Translations under genes and position numbers: made by a program
Notes under the pieces: generated by a model
What the model was told of the DNA's origin: nothing
The model's database searches: none
Seen by the model: the letters and a program-made list of their open reading frames with translations, nothing else
Part shown: positions 42,969-52,368 of the stretch, in pieces
Position numbering within the stretch: position 1 is the stretch's first letter
Layout of the letters: the number at the start of each line of letters is the position of its first letter
NCBI GenBank assembly: GCA_043767805.1
Contig: JAYUGC010000066.1
Coordinates: 5,597 to 69,596, forward strand
DNA: 64,000 bases
Reading direction: 5' to 3'
Source: Pseudomonadota bacterium
GTDB lineage: Bacteria; Bdellovibrionota; FAC87; UBA2466

Positions 42969-43256
42969 TTAGGCCTTTTCCCACTGGATCTTCACATTTT
43001 TGTCCTTGTTGTCGGCTTTGGCCTTCGTGCACTCGGCTTCCGTCATCTTCTTCCAGCCTTTGCCCTTGCAGCCGTTCTTGCCCGCGCAGTCGTGCGACTT
43101 GTCTTTCGCGCCACAGTCGCCCGTGGTTTTGCAGGAGTTCGCGCCCAAGCATTTGCCCTTGGCCGCGTCGTCCGCTTTCGCCGTGGAGGGGACGAGGATC
43201 GCCGCTCCGAGAATGCCCGTCATTGCTGCCGCCACGATGAGATTATTTTTCTTCAT
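42969..43256 (-). CDS. DUF2282-like Cys-rich secreted precursor peptide (bufferin/BufA-like RiPP precursor), 95 aa
   Basis: Start 'MKKNNLIVAAAMTGILGAAILVPSTAKA' (signal peptide, GGAGA RBS). Core is 'GKCLGANSCKTTGDCGAKDKSHDCAGKNGCKGKGWKKMTEAEC'. It has six Cys and fits the DUF2282 pattern GKCxG...GxDC...HxC.G......W......C. It lies 21 nt upstream of the MNIO gene on the same strand. Confidence 0.7.
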   Translation of the reverse strand: MKKNNLIVAAAMTGILGAAILVPSTAKADDAAKGKCLGANSCKTTGDCGAKDKSHDCAGKNGCKGKGWKKMTEAECTKAKADNKDKNVKIQWEKA

Positions 43257-43473
43257 TTGATTGCTGTCTCCGTTGGTTAAGGGTTCGAAAGAACCCAAAG
43301 ATACTAACAAACCGGATCCCGTTCGTAACGAAGCATTCGACGACGCATCGCTCCCGCGATCACCGCAACACCGATACAAATTGCCACACCGGATCGGCCC
43401 GCTTCCTCACGCCCGAGATTGGTATCGCCATTGCATTGAGATCTCCCCAAGCACCCCAAAAGGAGACTTCCCC

Positions 43474-44190
43474 ATGCAACGCTTGATGGCATTAGCTCTT
43501 TCGTTTTTGACGACGGCTGCCGTCGCCTCCTCTACCGCGGCGGTCCAAGTCCGCTTCGAGAAAGCTTTCATACCTCTGACTTTCGACACCAACGACCGCA
43601 GCCAAGTGGTACTCACAGGGGTTTATCCCGATACCTGCTACCAAGGTGGTGGTGTGCAGTACCAAGTCGACAAAGCCGCCCGTGTCATTCGCGCGACTCA
43701 GTGGGCGTTCTATCAACCCGGAAACTGCCTGCCGGCCACCGTGCCTTTTTCCTCGGTGCTCACTTTCGATCGCTTGGAGGCCGGGATTTACGAAATCGAA
43801 GATGCGGCTAGCGGAACAAAGCTCGGCGAGCTCGCCATCACTTTAGCCAAGGGTCCTCTCGTTCCGGGCGCGAGCTACGCCAACTTCGCTCCGGTCTCCG
43901 ACGCCTACATCGAGCAGAACGCGACTACCCGGCAAACGGAGCTCGTCCTGACCGGTACCTGGACCGATCGCTGCACGCACTTCAAAGAAGTGAAGCTGTT
44001 CTATCAAAGCGACGTGCTCGTGGTTCAGCCGATCGTAGAGCCCTTGAACGAAGAGGACAGCCGCGACTGCGCCTTGCAGATCGATCGCTTCCAAAAACGC
44101 GTCCCCATTCAAACCATGGGGGAGAGAACTTTCTTGTTGCACGTCCAAACCCCTGGCGGCTTTGCTATCAACAAGATCTACAACGACTAA
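43474..44190 (+). CDS. secreted hypothetical protein with internal duplication (238 aa)
   Basis: AAAGGAGA RBS. Signal peptide 'MQRLMALALSFLTTAAVASSTAA'. Two related halves ('VVLTGVYPDTCYQGG..' and 'LVLTGTWTDRCTHFK..'). It is divergent from the RiPP precursor gene. Confidence 0.5.
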   Translation: MQRLMALALSFLTTAAVASSTAAVQVRFEKAFIPLTFDTNDRSQVVLTGVYPDTCYQGGGVQYQVDKAARVIRATQWAFYQPGNCLPATVPFSSVLTFDRLEAGIYEIEDAASGTKLGELAITLAKGPLVPGASYANFAPVSDAYIEQNATTRQTELVLTGTWTDRCTHFKEVKLFYQSDVLVVQPIVEPLNEEDSRDCALQIDRFQKRVPIQTMGERTFLLHVQTPGGFAINKIYND

Positions 44191-44197
44191 CCTTCAA

Positions 44198-44229
44198 GGG
44201 GGGCGGGAGACGACTCCCGCCCCTTTCTC
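44198..44229. terminator. rho-independent terminator (10-bp GC stem + T tract)
   Basis: 'ggggcgggag-acga-ctcccgcccc' then 'tttctc'. It lies between the + gene ending at 44190 and the - gene ending at 44228. Confidence 0.7.
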
Positions 44230-44875
44230 ACCTCTCCCACAGCGCCCACACCTGGGCGGCGAGCTCCGCGTAACACCTCACTCTCTCATTTTCCGGAGCC
44301 ACCCCCGCGGCATGGCTCCAATAGCCAAGATCCCAATCGCGATCGCCCATACCCGCGAACTCCCAATCGATCAAATAGAGCCCATCTGGACTCATCAGAA
44401 AATTTTCGGGATGAGGATCGCCGTGCATCGGAGATAACGGCGTCCCCTTCGCGAGAGCTCGGGCCAAATCGATCCACCGATCCAGATCGGCGGGAATGAC
44501 TTCCTGACGAGCGGCCGAGATCCGCAAGGCGTTTTCCGCCCCGCAAGTTTCCGGAAACACCACACCACTCGCGTGCACGCGATCCAGTAGCGAGCGCGCG
44601 GCACTTTTTTCTTTCGCGGCGAGAGGTGCCCGGGCTTGCGAAATCCACCCCACCACATAACCTTCCTCGTTTCCGGTTATGAAAGGAGGCGCCCAACCCG
44701 CGGCGGAGGCAAGTCGCGCGTTTTTTGGGGCGGCGGAACCTTTGTCGCAAAGCCGGAGGAAGTAATCGCTCCCCTCCGAGTGAAAACGAAGGCCGTTGCC
44801 GTGACGCGCGATCGTGGAAATCGTTTTTCCCTCGGGGAACTCGGGGGTCGCTCGCAACCAGCGCATGGCGTCCAT
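44228..44875 (-). CDS. aminoglycoside/choline-kinase-type phosphotransferase (APH family) protein
   Basis: Brenner motif 'MHGDPHPENFLM' and 'LIDWEFAGMGDRDWDLGY'. 215 aa. The start is uncertain. Confidence 0.6.
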   Translation of the reverse strand: MDAMRWLRATPEFPEGKTISTIARHGNGLRFHSEGSDYFLRLCDKGSAAPKNARLASAAGWAPPFITGNEEGYVVGWISQARAPLAAKEKSAARSLLDRVHASGVVFPETCGAENALRISAARQEVIPADLDRWIDLARALAKGTPLSPMHGDPHPENFLMSPDGLYLIDWEFAGMGDRDWDLGYWSHAAGVAPENERVRCYAELAAQVWALWER

Positions 44876-45077
44876 AATTGCAGGGTGGCACGCATCTCAA
44901 TGTGAAGCAAAAGCCACAATCAAGCCCATAACGCTGGGCATGATATCCTGATAACGAGAGGCTAATCACCGGCGCCGGGAAAACCGATAAGTCGGGTGAG
45001 GGTCTCTCGGGGACCTGGAGCCTGTGGCTGGTCTGCAGCGCCCTTAGTTTTGCCCTGCCTATATTTGCGTAAAACCC

Positions 45078-46079
45078 ATGAAGCCATCGAACGCACAATT
45101 AAAAGAGGAAGCGGGAATCGCGCCCGGCGCTGAGCCGAAGGTGGTTCACGCGTCTTCCTCCATGCTTTCGATTCCGCTCGATTGCCTGCCCGTGGATTTT
45201 CCGCTTCCCTGTCCCATCTACGTCATGGTGGGAGACCGCTACGTCATGCTCCGTTCGCGCAAAGACACACTTACCGCCACCCGGGTTCAGTCCCTGAGCC
45301 AGGCCGGCGCGGACACGGTCCACGTTTTACGCCAGCATTGGCCCGACTTCATCGACGGGGTCGAGGATTACCACATGCCGGGCGAGATGGACGCCGACGA
45401 GCGCATGCGCCACATGCGAGCGCTCCTCATGGCTTACGAAGAGGACCTCCTCGAGCGCAAACAGCCACCGCGCCGCCAAGTTTTCCTGAAGATCGAAGCT
45501 TTGGTCGGTCATCTCGTCGAAGAGATCTACCGCGATCCCGCGCGCGGCGTGCGCCATTTGCGGCGTAATCACGATCCGCGTCTCTACTCGGCGAACCACA
45601 TGGTCAATAGCGCCATCTATGCGACTTTAATCGGCATGTCCTTGAAGTACCCGCTGAACGAAGGCAAGCGGCTGGGTTATGCCTGCCTCGTGCACGATAT
45701 CGGCAACCTTTTCATTCCAAAGACCGTCCTTCAGAAGAAGGGTCCCCTCACGCCCGAAGAGTTCGATCTTATGCGCACGCATACGATGCAAGGAGCCGAG
45801 CTGCTCCAGCAGGTCGCCGCGCCCACCGAAGTCATTCAGACGGCCTACCAGCACCACGAGCGCGTGGACGGTAAAGGCTATCCTCAAGGTCTCTCGGGAA
45901 AGAACATTCATCCCTTCGCGAAAATCTGCGCCATCGCCGATGTGTACGACGCCATCACCAGCACCCGCGCTCACCAAAAGGGCTTGAGCGCCGCCGAGGC
46001 CATGCACCGCATGCGCAGCCAAGAAGGACTCTTCGACATGGAGTTCCTCGCGAAGCTCTCTTTCGACAAGATCCGCTAA
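45078..46079 (+). CDS. HD-GYP domain phosphodiesterase (c-di-GMP signalling) with N-terminal unassigned domain
   Basis: HD motif 'LVHDIGNLFIP' and 'HHERVDGKGYPQGL' (GYP motif). Confidence 0.75.
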   Translation: MKPSNAQLKEEAGIAPGAEPKVVHASSSMLSIPLDCLPVDFPLPCPIYVMVGDRYVMLRSRKDTLTATRVQSLSQAGADTVHVLRQHWPDFIDGVEDYHMPGEMDADERMRHMRALLMAYEEDLLERKQPPRRQVFLKIEALVGHLVEEIYRDPARGVRHLRRNHDPRLYSANHMVNSAIYATLIGMSLKYPLNEGKRLGYACLVHDIGNLFIPKTVLQKKGPLTPEEFDLMRTHTMQGAELLQQVAAPTEVIQTAYQHHERVDGKGYPQGLSGKNIHPFAKICAIADVYDAITSTRAHQKGLSAAEAMHRMRSQEGLFDMEFLAKLSFDKIR

Positions 46080-46264
46080 AACGGCCCCACCCCGTCGATC
46101 TTTTTTTCCCGTTCCAAGATTTCGGAACACGGTGTTCGCACGCCCGCGCCTGGCACGAGACTCGCATTAGGGAATGCTTGGCCACCGCCGGCAGCTCGTC
46201 GGTCCGATGCCTCCCAGCCAAGGATCGATGAGCGCCGTCGCGGCCGGCCGGGAATACTCAAGAA

Positions 46265-47194
46265 TCAGGTGGAGCAGGAATCGCCGCGGATTTGATCCGC
46301 GATGGCCTGGACTTCGAAGTTATTGCCCAAGCCGCGGCGAGCGCGCTCGAGAGCTTCCTTCGCTTCTTCGCAACGGCCTTCCTTGATGAGAAGGTGAGCA
46401 ATGTCGAGCTGCGAGCGAGCGAGATCGGCGGAAAGAAGTTCCGTCGATTGGCCGTCGTTTTTTTTCTTTTCGAGCTCGGCCGCCTGGTGCGTGATGGCCT
46501 TGCGATAATAGTCGATGGCCTTATCGCTCTCGCCCATTTGCTCGTAAACGGAGCCAAGACGAGTGTAGGCGAACTCGGCGTACTTCGTGTCCTGCGCGGA
46601 CTTCTCCAGAAATTGTACGGCGTCGCCGAAACGGCCTTGGCTCAGGTACAGCTCGCCCAAGCCATCGGCGAGAACCGGAGAGCTCGGGTTCGTCTCGTAC
46701 AGTCCCCGCAAGTAGTCCGCCATGGACGCGGCTTTTTCGGGAGAAAGCGAAATACCCACGAGCTCCATGACGGCGAACTCGTTATTGGGGTTCGTGGTGA
46801 GCGCTTTCTTGAAGTAGCCAGCCGCTTTATCGGGATCTTGAAACTCCGTGAGATGCAGCATGCCCATCTCTTCCAAAGCCCGCTCGTGCTTCGGATCCTT
46901 TTGCAAAATGCTCTCCAGCAAGTGAAGGGCTTCTTGCGCTTGGCCGGCACGGACCAAGGCATCGACCTGCGCGAGTTCCGCTTTGAACGAACCTTCGTAG
47001 GTGCGGTCATTGCGACCGGGACGGCGGGCCTGAGGCAAGCTGACCGTGCCGCTTTCGGGCTCGGCTTCTTTGGTGGCCTCCCCCTTCAGAGCGGTTTGCG
47101 CGACGAGGCCTGGCGAGGTAGCGCGCGTGAGGTAAAAGAGCCCTCCCACGAAGACCGAGAGAAAGACCAAAATTCCGATAGCCTTAAGGCTCAA
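46265..47194 (-). CDS. tetratricopeptide-repeat protein with N-terminal membrane anchor
   Basis: 'MSLKAIGILVFLSVFVGGLFYL' is a TM segment. It is followed by several TPR-like helical repeats (e.g. 'YFKKALTTNPNNEFAVMELVG', 'IDYYRKAITHQ'). Confidence 0.6.
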   Translation of the reverse strand: MSLKAIGILVFLSVFVGGLFYLTRATSPGLVAQTALKGEATKEAEPESGTVSLPQARRPGRNDRTYEGSFKAELAQVDALVRAGQAQEALHLLESILQKDPKHERALEEMGMLHLTEFQDPDKAAGYFKKALTTNPNNEFAVMELVGISLSPEKAASMADYLRGLYETNPSSPVLADGLGELYLSQGRFGDAVQFLEKSAQDTKYAEFAYTRLGSVYEQMGESDKAIDYYRKAITHQAAELEKKKNDGQSTELLSADLARSQLDIAHLLIKEGRCEEAKEALERARRGLGNNFEVQAIADQIRGDSCST

Positions 47195-47277
47195 GCGCTG
47201 ACCTCCAGAGGTGCCCCAAAATACAAGAGCCCGAGGAGTGGGGCCAGAGGAAAGTCGACGTGGTAAGCTAAATAGCG

Positions 47278-48891
47278 ATGTTAAAAAGGTTTTCTCCTTG
47301 GGCCTGGGCCCTGCCAGGCCTGCTCGGAGCGCTACTTCTCGCGGTGGGATGGCCGCTAGCCTCCGATCACGATCTCTACCTCCATCTAAAGACGGGTGAG
47401 CTGACCATTGAGCGAGGCCTTCCAGGCCTAAACGACCGCTTCAGTTACACGGACCCGAGCGCCCCCGAAGAGACTCATTCCTGGCTATCCCAGGTCGTTC
47501 TCTATGAGACCTATCACTGGGGCGGAGAAACAGGCCTCCGCGCTTTGAACACGCTCTTACTCTTTTTCTTAGTGGGACTTTGCTTTCGCTTCGTTTGGCG
47601 GAGAGGAAACTCCGCGGCGGCCGCGGGCCTGACGGCGGCGTTCGTCGTGCTGGCCCAAGCGCAGGTGCAAACGTTTCGCCCCGTGGTCATCAGCCAGGCC
47701 CTTGGCGCGGTACTACTGTTCGCGATTCTCGCGCCAGAGACTCCATGGACGAAAAAAAGAGGCCTGGCCGCCGTCCTGCTCACCGCGCTTTGGGCGAATT
47801 TGCACGGCAGTAGCCTACTCGCACCGCTCTTCGTTTTTTTGAGAACGCGCCGATTCGGATGGACCATGGCCTGCGCGGCGGCTCTCCTCGTGAACCCTCG
47901 CGGCCCTGAGCTCTGGATAGATTCACTCGCCATCGTGGATCTGGGCCGCTCGCTCGCCATTGGGGAATGGGTGAGTAACGTCTATCCGCCGATTTTGTGG
48001 ATTGCTGCCGCGGGCGCTCTCTGGACTCTGCTCAAGCGAGGCAGAAACGATTGGACGGCGGTGACCGGCGCGATCCTGGTCTGCCTCGCCTTCAGCGCGC
48101 ACCGCCATTTGGCGTGGCTTTTCTTTCCGCTCTGCGCGGCCGGTGCCGCCCTCGCTTCCGGCGTCACCTTGAGAGCGAGCCCCGCGCTGCTCGGCATCGC
48201 CATCGCGCTTTGGGGAGGCCGCTTTTGGGTGAGCGGTTTGACGACGATGCCCGTCGAGCGCGCGGTAAACTTCCTTCAAGCCGCGGGACTGGAGGGCAAC
48301 GTTTTCAATCACCCGAGCTGGGGCGCCTACCTCGCCTTCCGCCTCTATCCCAAAATTAAGGTCGCTCACACCATGCGCCTACTCACTCACAAAAACATTT
48401 TTCTCTGGGAGAAAGAGCGGTGGTTCTCCCAAGGCGGCATGACGCTCGATGAGGTGACCCAGCAGTGGCCCGAGACCCAAATCGCCTTCTTACCGTCGAG
48501 CTGGCCCATTCCCCATCTGGCGGATCCCACCCAATGGGCGCCGATTTACGTGAACAACCAGGCGGTGATTCTGCTGAGGCGGACCCCCGCCAACACGGAG
48601 AACTGGAAGAAAGCCCAAAGTTACTACGCGAACCGCAAGCTTCCCTTCGAGGAAGGGCCCGGGCTGTTACCGAGACTTGTCGACGAGATCGACCCGGCCT
48701 GGATGAGAGCCCAGGAAGAAAAAGGCGGTTGGGGCAGGTGGCCCGACCCGGAGAAGCTCTCGCGCGCCTACAATGACAGCATCAACACCTGGAAGCGCTG
48801 GCTCTCGTGGAAAGGAGAGTCTTCTCCTGGAGCTCCCGAGCGCTTCTATTGGAAGCCCTCGCCTCCGCCTCAAGGAACCGCGCAGCCGTAG
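47278..48891 (+). CDS. hypothetical polytopic membrane protein (537 aa)
   Basis: Nine or more hydrophobic helices, then a hydrophilic Trp-rich C-terminus. No catalytic motif recognised. Confidence 0.5.
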   Translation: MLKRFSPWAWALPGLLGALLLAVGWPLASDHDLYLHLKTGELTIERGLPGLNDRFSYTDPSAPEETHSWLSQVVLYETYHWGGETGLRALNTLLLFFLVGLCFRFVWRRGNSAAAAGLTAAFVVLAQAQVQTFRPVVISQALGAVLLFAILAPETPWTKKRGLAAVLLTALWANLHGSSLLAPLFVFLRTRRFGWTMACAAALLVNPRGPELWIDSLAIVDLGRSLAIGEWVSNVYPPILWIAAAGALWTLLKRGRNDWTAVTGAILVCLAFSAHRHLAWLFFPLCAAGAALASGVTLRASPALLGIAIALWGGRFWVSGLTTMPVERAVNFLQAAGLEGNVFNHPSWGAYLAFRLYPKIKVAHTMRLLTHKNIFLWEKERWFSQGGMTLDEVTQQWPETQIAFLPSSWPIPHLADPTQWAPIYVNNQAVILLRRTPANTENWKKAQSYYANRKLPFEEGPGLLPRLVDEIDPAWMRAQEEKGGWGRWPDPEKLSRAYNDSINTWKRWLSWKGESSPGAPERFYWKPSPPPQGTAQP

Positions 48892-50201
48892 TTGTACATT
48901 TTCTGCGTGGCTTTATAGAGGTTGAGGCGGCCTCCGCTCACTGTGGCCGCCGCCAGATCCGAAAGCGGATCGACGGTGGAGAGAATCATCTGCTTAACGA
49001 GAAGCGCCGCTTGCGCTGGTGAGTTGACGTAGAGATCGTAGAAGCGCTCACACGCCGCCGCATGCATGAGGGCAACCGCCCCCGCGACATGAGGGGACGC
49101 CATCGACGTTCCGGTGAGTACGCCCGTGCCGCGAGAGAGCGTGGATAAAATATTGGTGCCCGGCGCCCCCAGCTGAATGTGCCTCTTTCCGAAAGCAGCG
49201 TCGGCGTAGCGGTGATCGGTCTCGTCGGTATTGGTGACACCGATCAAGAAATCGCTCTTGCAACCAGTCGGCACGTCTCCCAAGGCATCGACGTCGATGT
49301 TCAAGTTGGCGGTGGCCGCCACCGAGAGGATGCCGTACTTGCCCATCTCGTCGTAAAGATCGTTCCAGATCTGGTACTCGGCCGAGTTGCAGTCGCCCAT
49401 GTCGACACCGAAGCTAGAGTTGGTGACGACGACGTTGGCTCCTTTGGCCCCTTTGCTCGAAAGATAGAGTTTCTTCTGCGCGATGACGTATCCATAAGCT
49501 TTCGCGACTTCCGCCGTGGACTCCGAAGCGCCCGCCACGATCATCAGATGGCTATTCCAATTGATGCCGGTGACTCCGGCATTATCGTTGCCCCTCGCCC
49601 CGACGATGCCCGCGACATGGCTGCCGTGATCGTCCGCGGGAATGACCCCGGAGTTGTCGTAGACATTCCACCCGTGGATATCGTCGATATAGCCATTGCC
49701 GTCATCATCAATGCCGTTACCCGGGATCTCGCCTGCATTCGTCCAAAGGTTCGGCTCGAGGTCCGGATGCGTGAGCTCCGCGCCTCCGTCAATGACGGCG
49801 ACCACGATCTTCGTTCCTTTGAGATCGGCGCCGCCCGTCGTCACGTCCCACGCGGACTCCGCCTGGATGTCTTTGCCCGTCGCGCTCTTTAAGCTCCACT
49901 GCTGTGAGAGAAGCGCGTCGTTCGGCAAATTGCGACGAGTCACGCGGTGATTCGGAGCGACCGAAAGCACGCCCGCGTCGCCGCGAAGCGCGTGGTACGT
50001 CTTCTTAAGGGAAGAGAAGCGGTACAGATTGAGATCGGGCACCAAGAGCTCGGCCGTTCCGAAGAGGGCGAGCGAGCTTGGGGTCACGCCGGGCTTCAAA
50101 CGCACGAGATACTCGCCGGGAATGGGTTCCGCCGCCGCGGATAGGGAAAAGAGTCCCATTGCCACCGTGAACCAAGCCCGAAGCAAACTTCGAAACGTCA
50201 T
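48870..50201 (-). CDS. secreted subtilisin-like serine protease (peptidase S8)
   Basis: Catalytic triad contexts 'VAVIDGGAELTHPDL' (Asp), 'HGSHVAGIVGA' (His) and 'GTSMASPHVAGAVAL' (Ser). Start 'MTFRSLLRAWFTVAMGLFSLSAAA' has a GGGGGA RBS. The alternative start is 50225. Confidence 0.8.
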   Translation of the reverse strand: MTFRSLLRAWFTVAMGLFSLSAAAEPIPGEYLVRLKPGVTPSSLALFGTAELLVPDLNLYRFSSLKKTYHALRGDAGVLSVAPNHRVTRRNLPNDALLSQQWSLKSATGKDIQAESAWDVTTGGADLKGTKIVVAVIDGGAELTHPDLEPNLWTNAGEIPGNGIDDDGNGYIDDIHGWNVYDNSGVIPADDHGSHVAGIVGARGNDNAGVTGINWNSHLMIVAGASESTAEVAKAYGYVIAQKKLYLSSKGAKGANVVVTNSSFGVDMGDCNSAEYQIWNDLYDEMGKYGILSVAATANLNIDVDALGDVPTGCKSDFLIGVTNTDETDHRYADAAFGKRHIQLGAPGTNILSTLSRGTGVLTGTSMASPHVAGAVALMHAAACERFYDLYVNSPAQAALLVKQMILSTVDPLSDLAAATVSGGRLNLYKATQKMYNYGCAVP

Positions 50202-50277
50202 GGTGAATCCCCCAGCTCTAACCATAGCACGAGGGAAAAGTTTGCCCCGAGGGCGCTCGTTTTGCCGTTAATGGCGG

Positions 50278-51459
50278 TTAACGGCCGGGCTCGGCTTCGG
50301 GGGAATCCGCCGGGGGAAACGTCTGCGTGGGAGGGCTCTCGATAAACTCGAAGAGCTGAGTCATGAGGGGATCGCGAATCTCGTCGCGCTCGCTCAAGAT
50401 GTCGTGCTTAGCGTCGTCAAAGCGCTTGATAATGCAGTTTTTAAGACCGCCGCAAAATTTATCCATGGCGGAGTTGAGCACGACTTTATCGTTACCCGCT
50501 TTGAACACCAGCACGGGCACGTCAATCTCGGGCCCCGCGCAGCGGCCGCGCGAGCATGCGCCGATGGTTTCCGCCAGCCAGCCGTAGGTCGCGCCGTTGT
50601 TTCTGTGGTCTTCGGGCTCGTGATTGAAAATTTTCCACTTGCTGGAGAAACGGTTCCGGCTGCTCGTCAGGAGATTGCCCTCGAAGCCTAAAGCCATGGT
50701 CGGCTTCGGTCCCTGGCCCGGCGCATACCAGCTACCCATGCCGAGAGTGCGCATGACCTGCGCGACGCCGGAAGCAAGGATATGAGGCAAGCCGTGAAGA
50801 TTCGGCTTAAAGAGCGGCGCCGAGAGAATGAGCTTGTCGACGGCGCCTTTATTGTCTTTCAGATAGAGCGTCGAAACGAGCCCGCCCATGGAATGGCCCA
50901 GTAAAACAGTTTTTTCGTGAGGCTTCGCCTTCACGCGATCGTCCATGAAAGTCTTCAGATCCAGCGCGTAGTTCTGAAATTTGTCGACATAGACCGGCAT
51001 CGTCCGACCCGTCATGCGGCCGGAGCTCCCGTGTCCGCGGTGGTCCAGGAAATAGACGGAGTAGCCCCGCTCATAGAGATTGAAAATGAGCTCGGGATAA
51101 TAAGAAATGTTCTCGGAAAACCCGTGGGAGATGACAATGGCGCCCTTTTCGTGCGGATGCTCGAACTTCCAAAAGTTGATGTCGACTCCGCCCTGCCCTT
51201 TGAACGTTCCACCGACGCCGACTCTTTCGATGAAGGGAAGAATGCGCTGGAACATGTCCGTTCCGATGTTTTTCTCGCTCGTCGAAACTGGGCGCGCGCC
51301 CGGACCGTATTGCGCCTTCCGGAACTCGTCGCGTTTTGCCTTTTTCCACGCGCGGCTAGGAAGCTCAGCGAACTCGTTGCAACGGCGAGCCGCTCGGCTG
51401 CCCGAAGGCATGAGCAGTATAAGAGAACACACGAACAACCATTTGCTGAAACGAACCAC
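50278..51459 (-). CDS. secreted alpha/beta-hydrolase (lysophospholipase/esterase-like)
   Basis: Signal peptide 'MVRFSKWLFVCSLILLMPSGSRA'. 'HGFSEN' and nucleophile elbow 'LLGHSMGG'. 'DHRGHGSS' is the lysophospholipase-like acid/His region. Confidence 0.7.
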   Translation of the reverse strand: MVRFSKWLFVCSLILLMPSGSRAARRCNEFAELPSRAWKKAKRDEFRKAQYGPGARPVSTSEKNIGTDMFQRILPFIERVGVGGTFKGQGGVDINFWKFEHPHEKGAIVISHGFSENISYYPELIFNLYERGYSVYFLDHRGHGSSGRMTGRTMPVYVDKFQNYALDLKTFMDDRVKAKPHEKTVLLGHSMGGLVSTLYLKDNKGAVDKLILSAPLFKPNLHGLPHILASGVAQVMRTLGMGSWYAPGQGPKPTMALGFEGNLLTSSRNRFSSKWKIFNHEPEDHRNNGATYGWLAETIGACSRGRCAGPEIDVPVLVFKAGNDKVVLNSAMDKFCGGLKNCIIKRFDDAKHDILSERDEIRDPLMTQLFEFIESPPTQTFPPADSPEAEPGR

Positions 51460-51644
51460 GGGGCCGTATTAGTGCAAGCTTTCTGCCACGACTGCTTTGG
51501 GCACGAGACGAATACGCGAGGGCAAGCGCCGCGAAATCCAGGCCTTACCCTTCCCTTGGTTCTTCGGTTTATTAAACTAAGTGTGGGGTGTTCAAAGGTC
51601 AGCCAGCTGCTTGGCGCGAAACGGGCGTGTGGTAAGTTGTTTCG

Positions 51645-52250
51645 ATGCGAGACACCGAGTTCTGGTCCGGATATTGGAAGGCGCAGAATACACCTTGGGA
51701 CATGGGCGGTCCTCATCCGTCGTTGGAAAAACTTTGGGAACTGGCGGAGCCGTGGCTCCCTAAAACGGGCCGCGTTTACATTCCCGCCTGTGGGCGTGCT
51801 CACGAAGGGGCTTGGTTTGCCGCTCGCGGTTATGACGTGTTGGGGGAAGACATCGTGCCCGAGGCGATTGAAGCCGCCCGCGTTGCATACGGCCATCTCC
51901 CTAACTTAACTTTCCGAGTGGGCGATCTCTATCGGGTGAGCGAGGAAGATCGAGGCGCTTTCGATCTCGTCTTCGACCGCGCGGCCTGTTGCGCGTTCGC
52001 ACCGACTCGCTGGGAAGAGTACTTGGCCGCGTGCTCCGAACGGCTTCGATCGGGCGGCCTACTGCTTTCGCTACCTTTCAAAGAGAGCCTTCAAGAAGCG
52101 CCAAAGGGCCCGCCGTTTTTCATTCCCAAAGCAGACTGGCAAAAGCTCGCCGGGAAAGACTTCGACGTTAGAGTGCTCGTGGACAACCCCGTCGATCGCC
52201 CGGCTATTTCGCTCAAAACGGAATTACTCGCGGTTGCGCAAAAAAGGTAA
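51645..52250 (+). CDS. thiopurine-S-methyltransferase (TPMT)-like SAM methyltransferase
   Basis: 'FWSGYWKAQNTPWDMGGPHPSL' resembles the TPMT N-terminus 'W..RW......W'. 'VYIPACGRAHEGAWFAARGYDVLGEDI' is SAM-binding motif I of the TPMT family. Confidence 0.55.
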   Translation: MRDTEFWSGYWKAQNTPWDMGGPHPSLEKLWELAEPWLPKTGRVYIPACGRAHEGAWFAARGYDVLGEDIVPEAIEAARVAYGHLPNLTFRVGDLYRVSEEDRGAFDLVFDRAACCAFAPTRWEEYLAACSERLRSGGLLLSLPFKESLQEAPKGPPFFIPKADWQKLAGKDFDVRVLVDNPVDRPAISLKTELLAVAQKR

Positions 52251-52368
52251 CGTGCTTTAGCCTAGAAAAAGCCCTCTGGACGCCCCGTCCCAAACTCAAA
52301 CAACTCCGTGTTAATATGAGCCCCGCTTCGTCCTTTAGCTCGACGCACTAAAGTCCGAAAAAGAGAGG

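Noticed and set aside
44286-45098. 270-aa minus-strand ORF spanning the APH gene and HD-GYP upstream region
   Set aside because: It is Arg/Ser/Gly-rich and overlaps the APH-family CDS in another frame. It is a typical spurious high-GC ORF.
46080-46120. Possible terminator after the HD-GYP gene
   Set aside because: A T-run ('tctttttttcc') is present, but the upstream stem is weak and irregular ('aagatc...gatctt' with a 24-nt loop). It is too uncertain to list as a feature.
46292-47266. 324-aa plus-strand ORF opposite the TPR gene
   Set aside because: It is antisense to the TPR protein, whose repeats are recognisable. No motifs.
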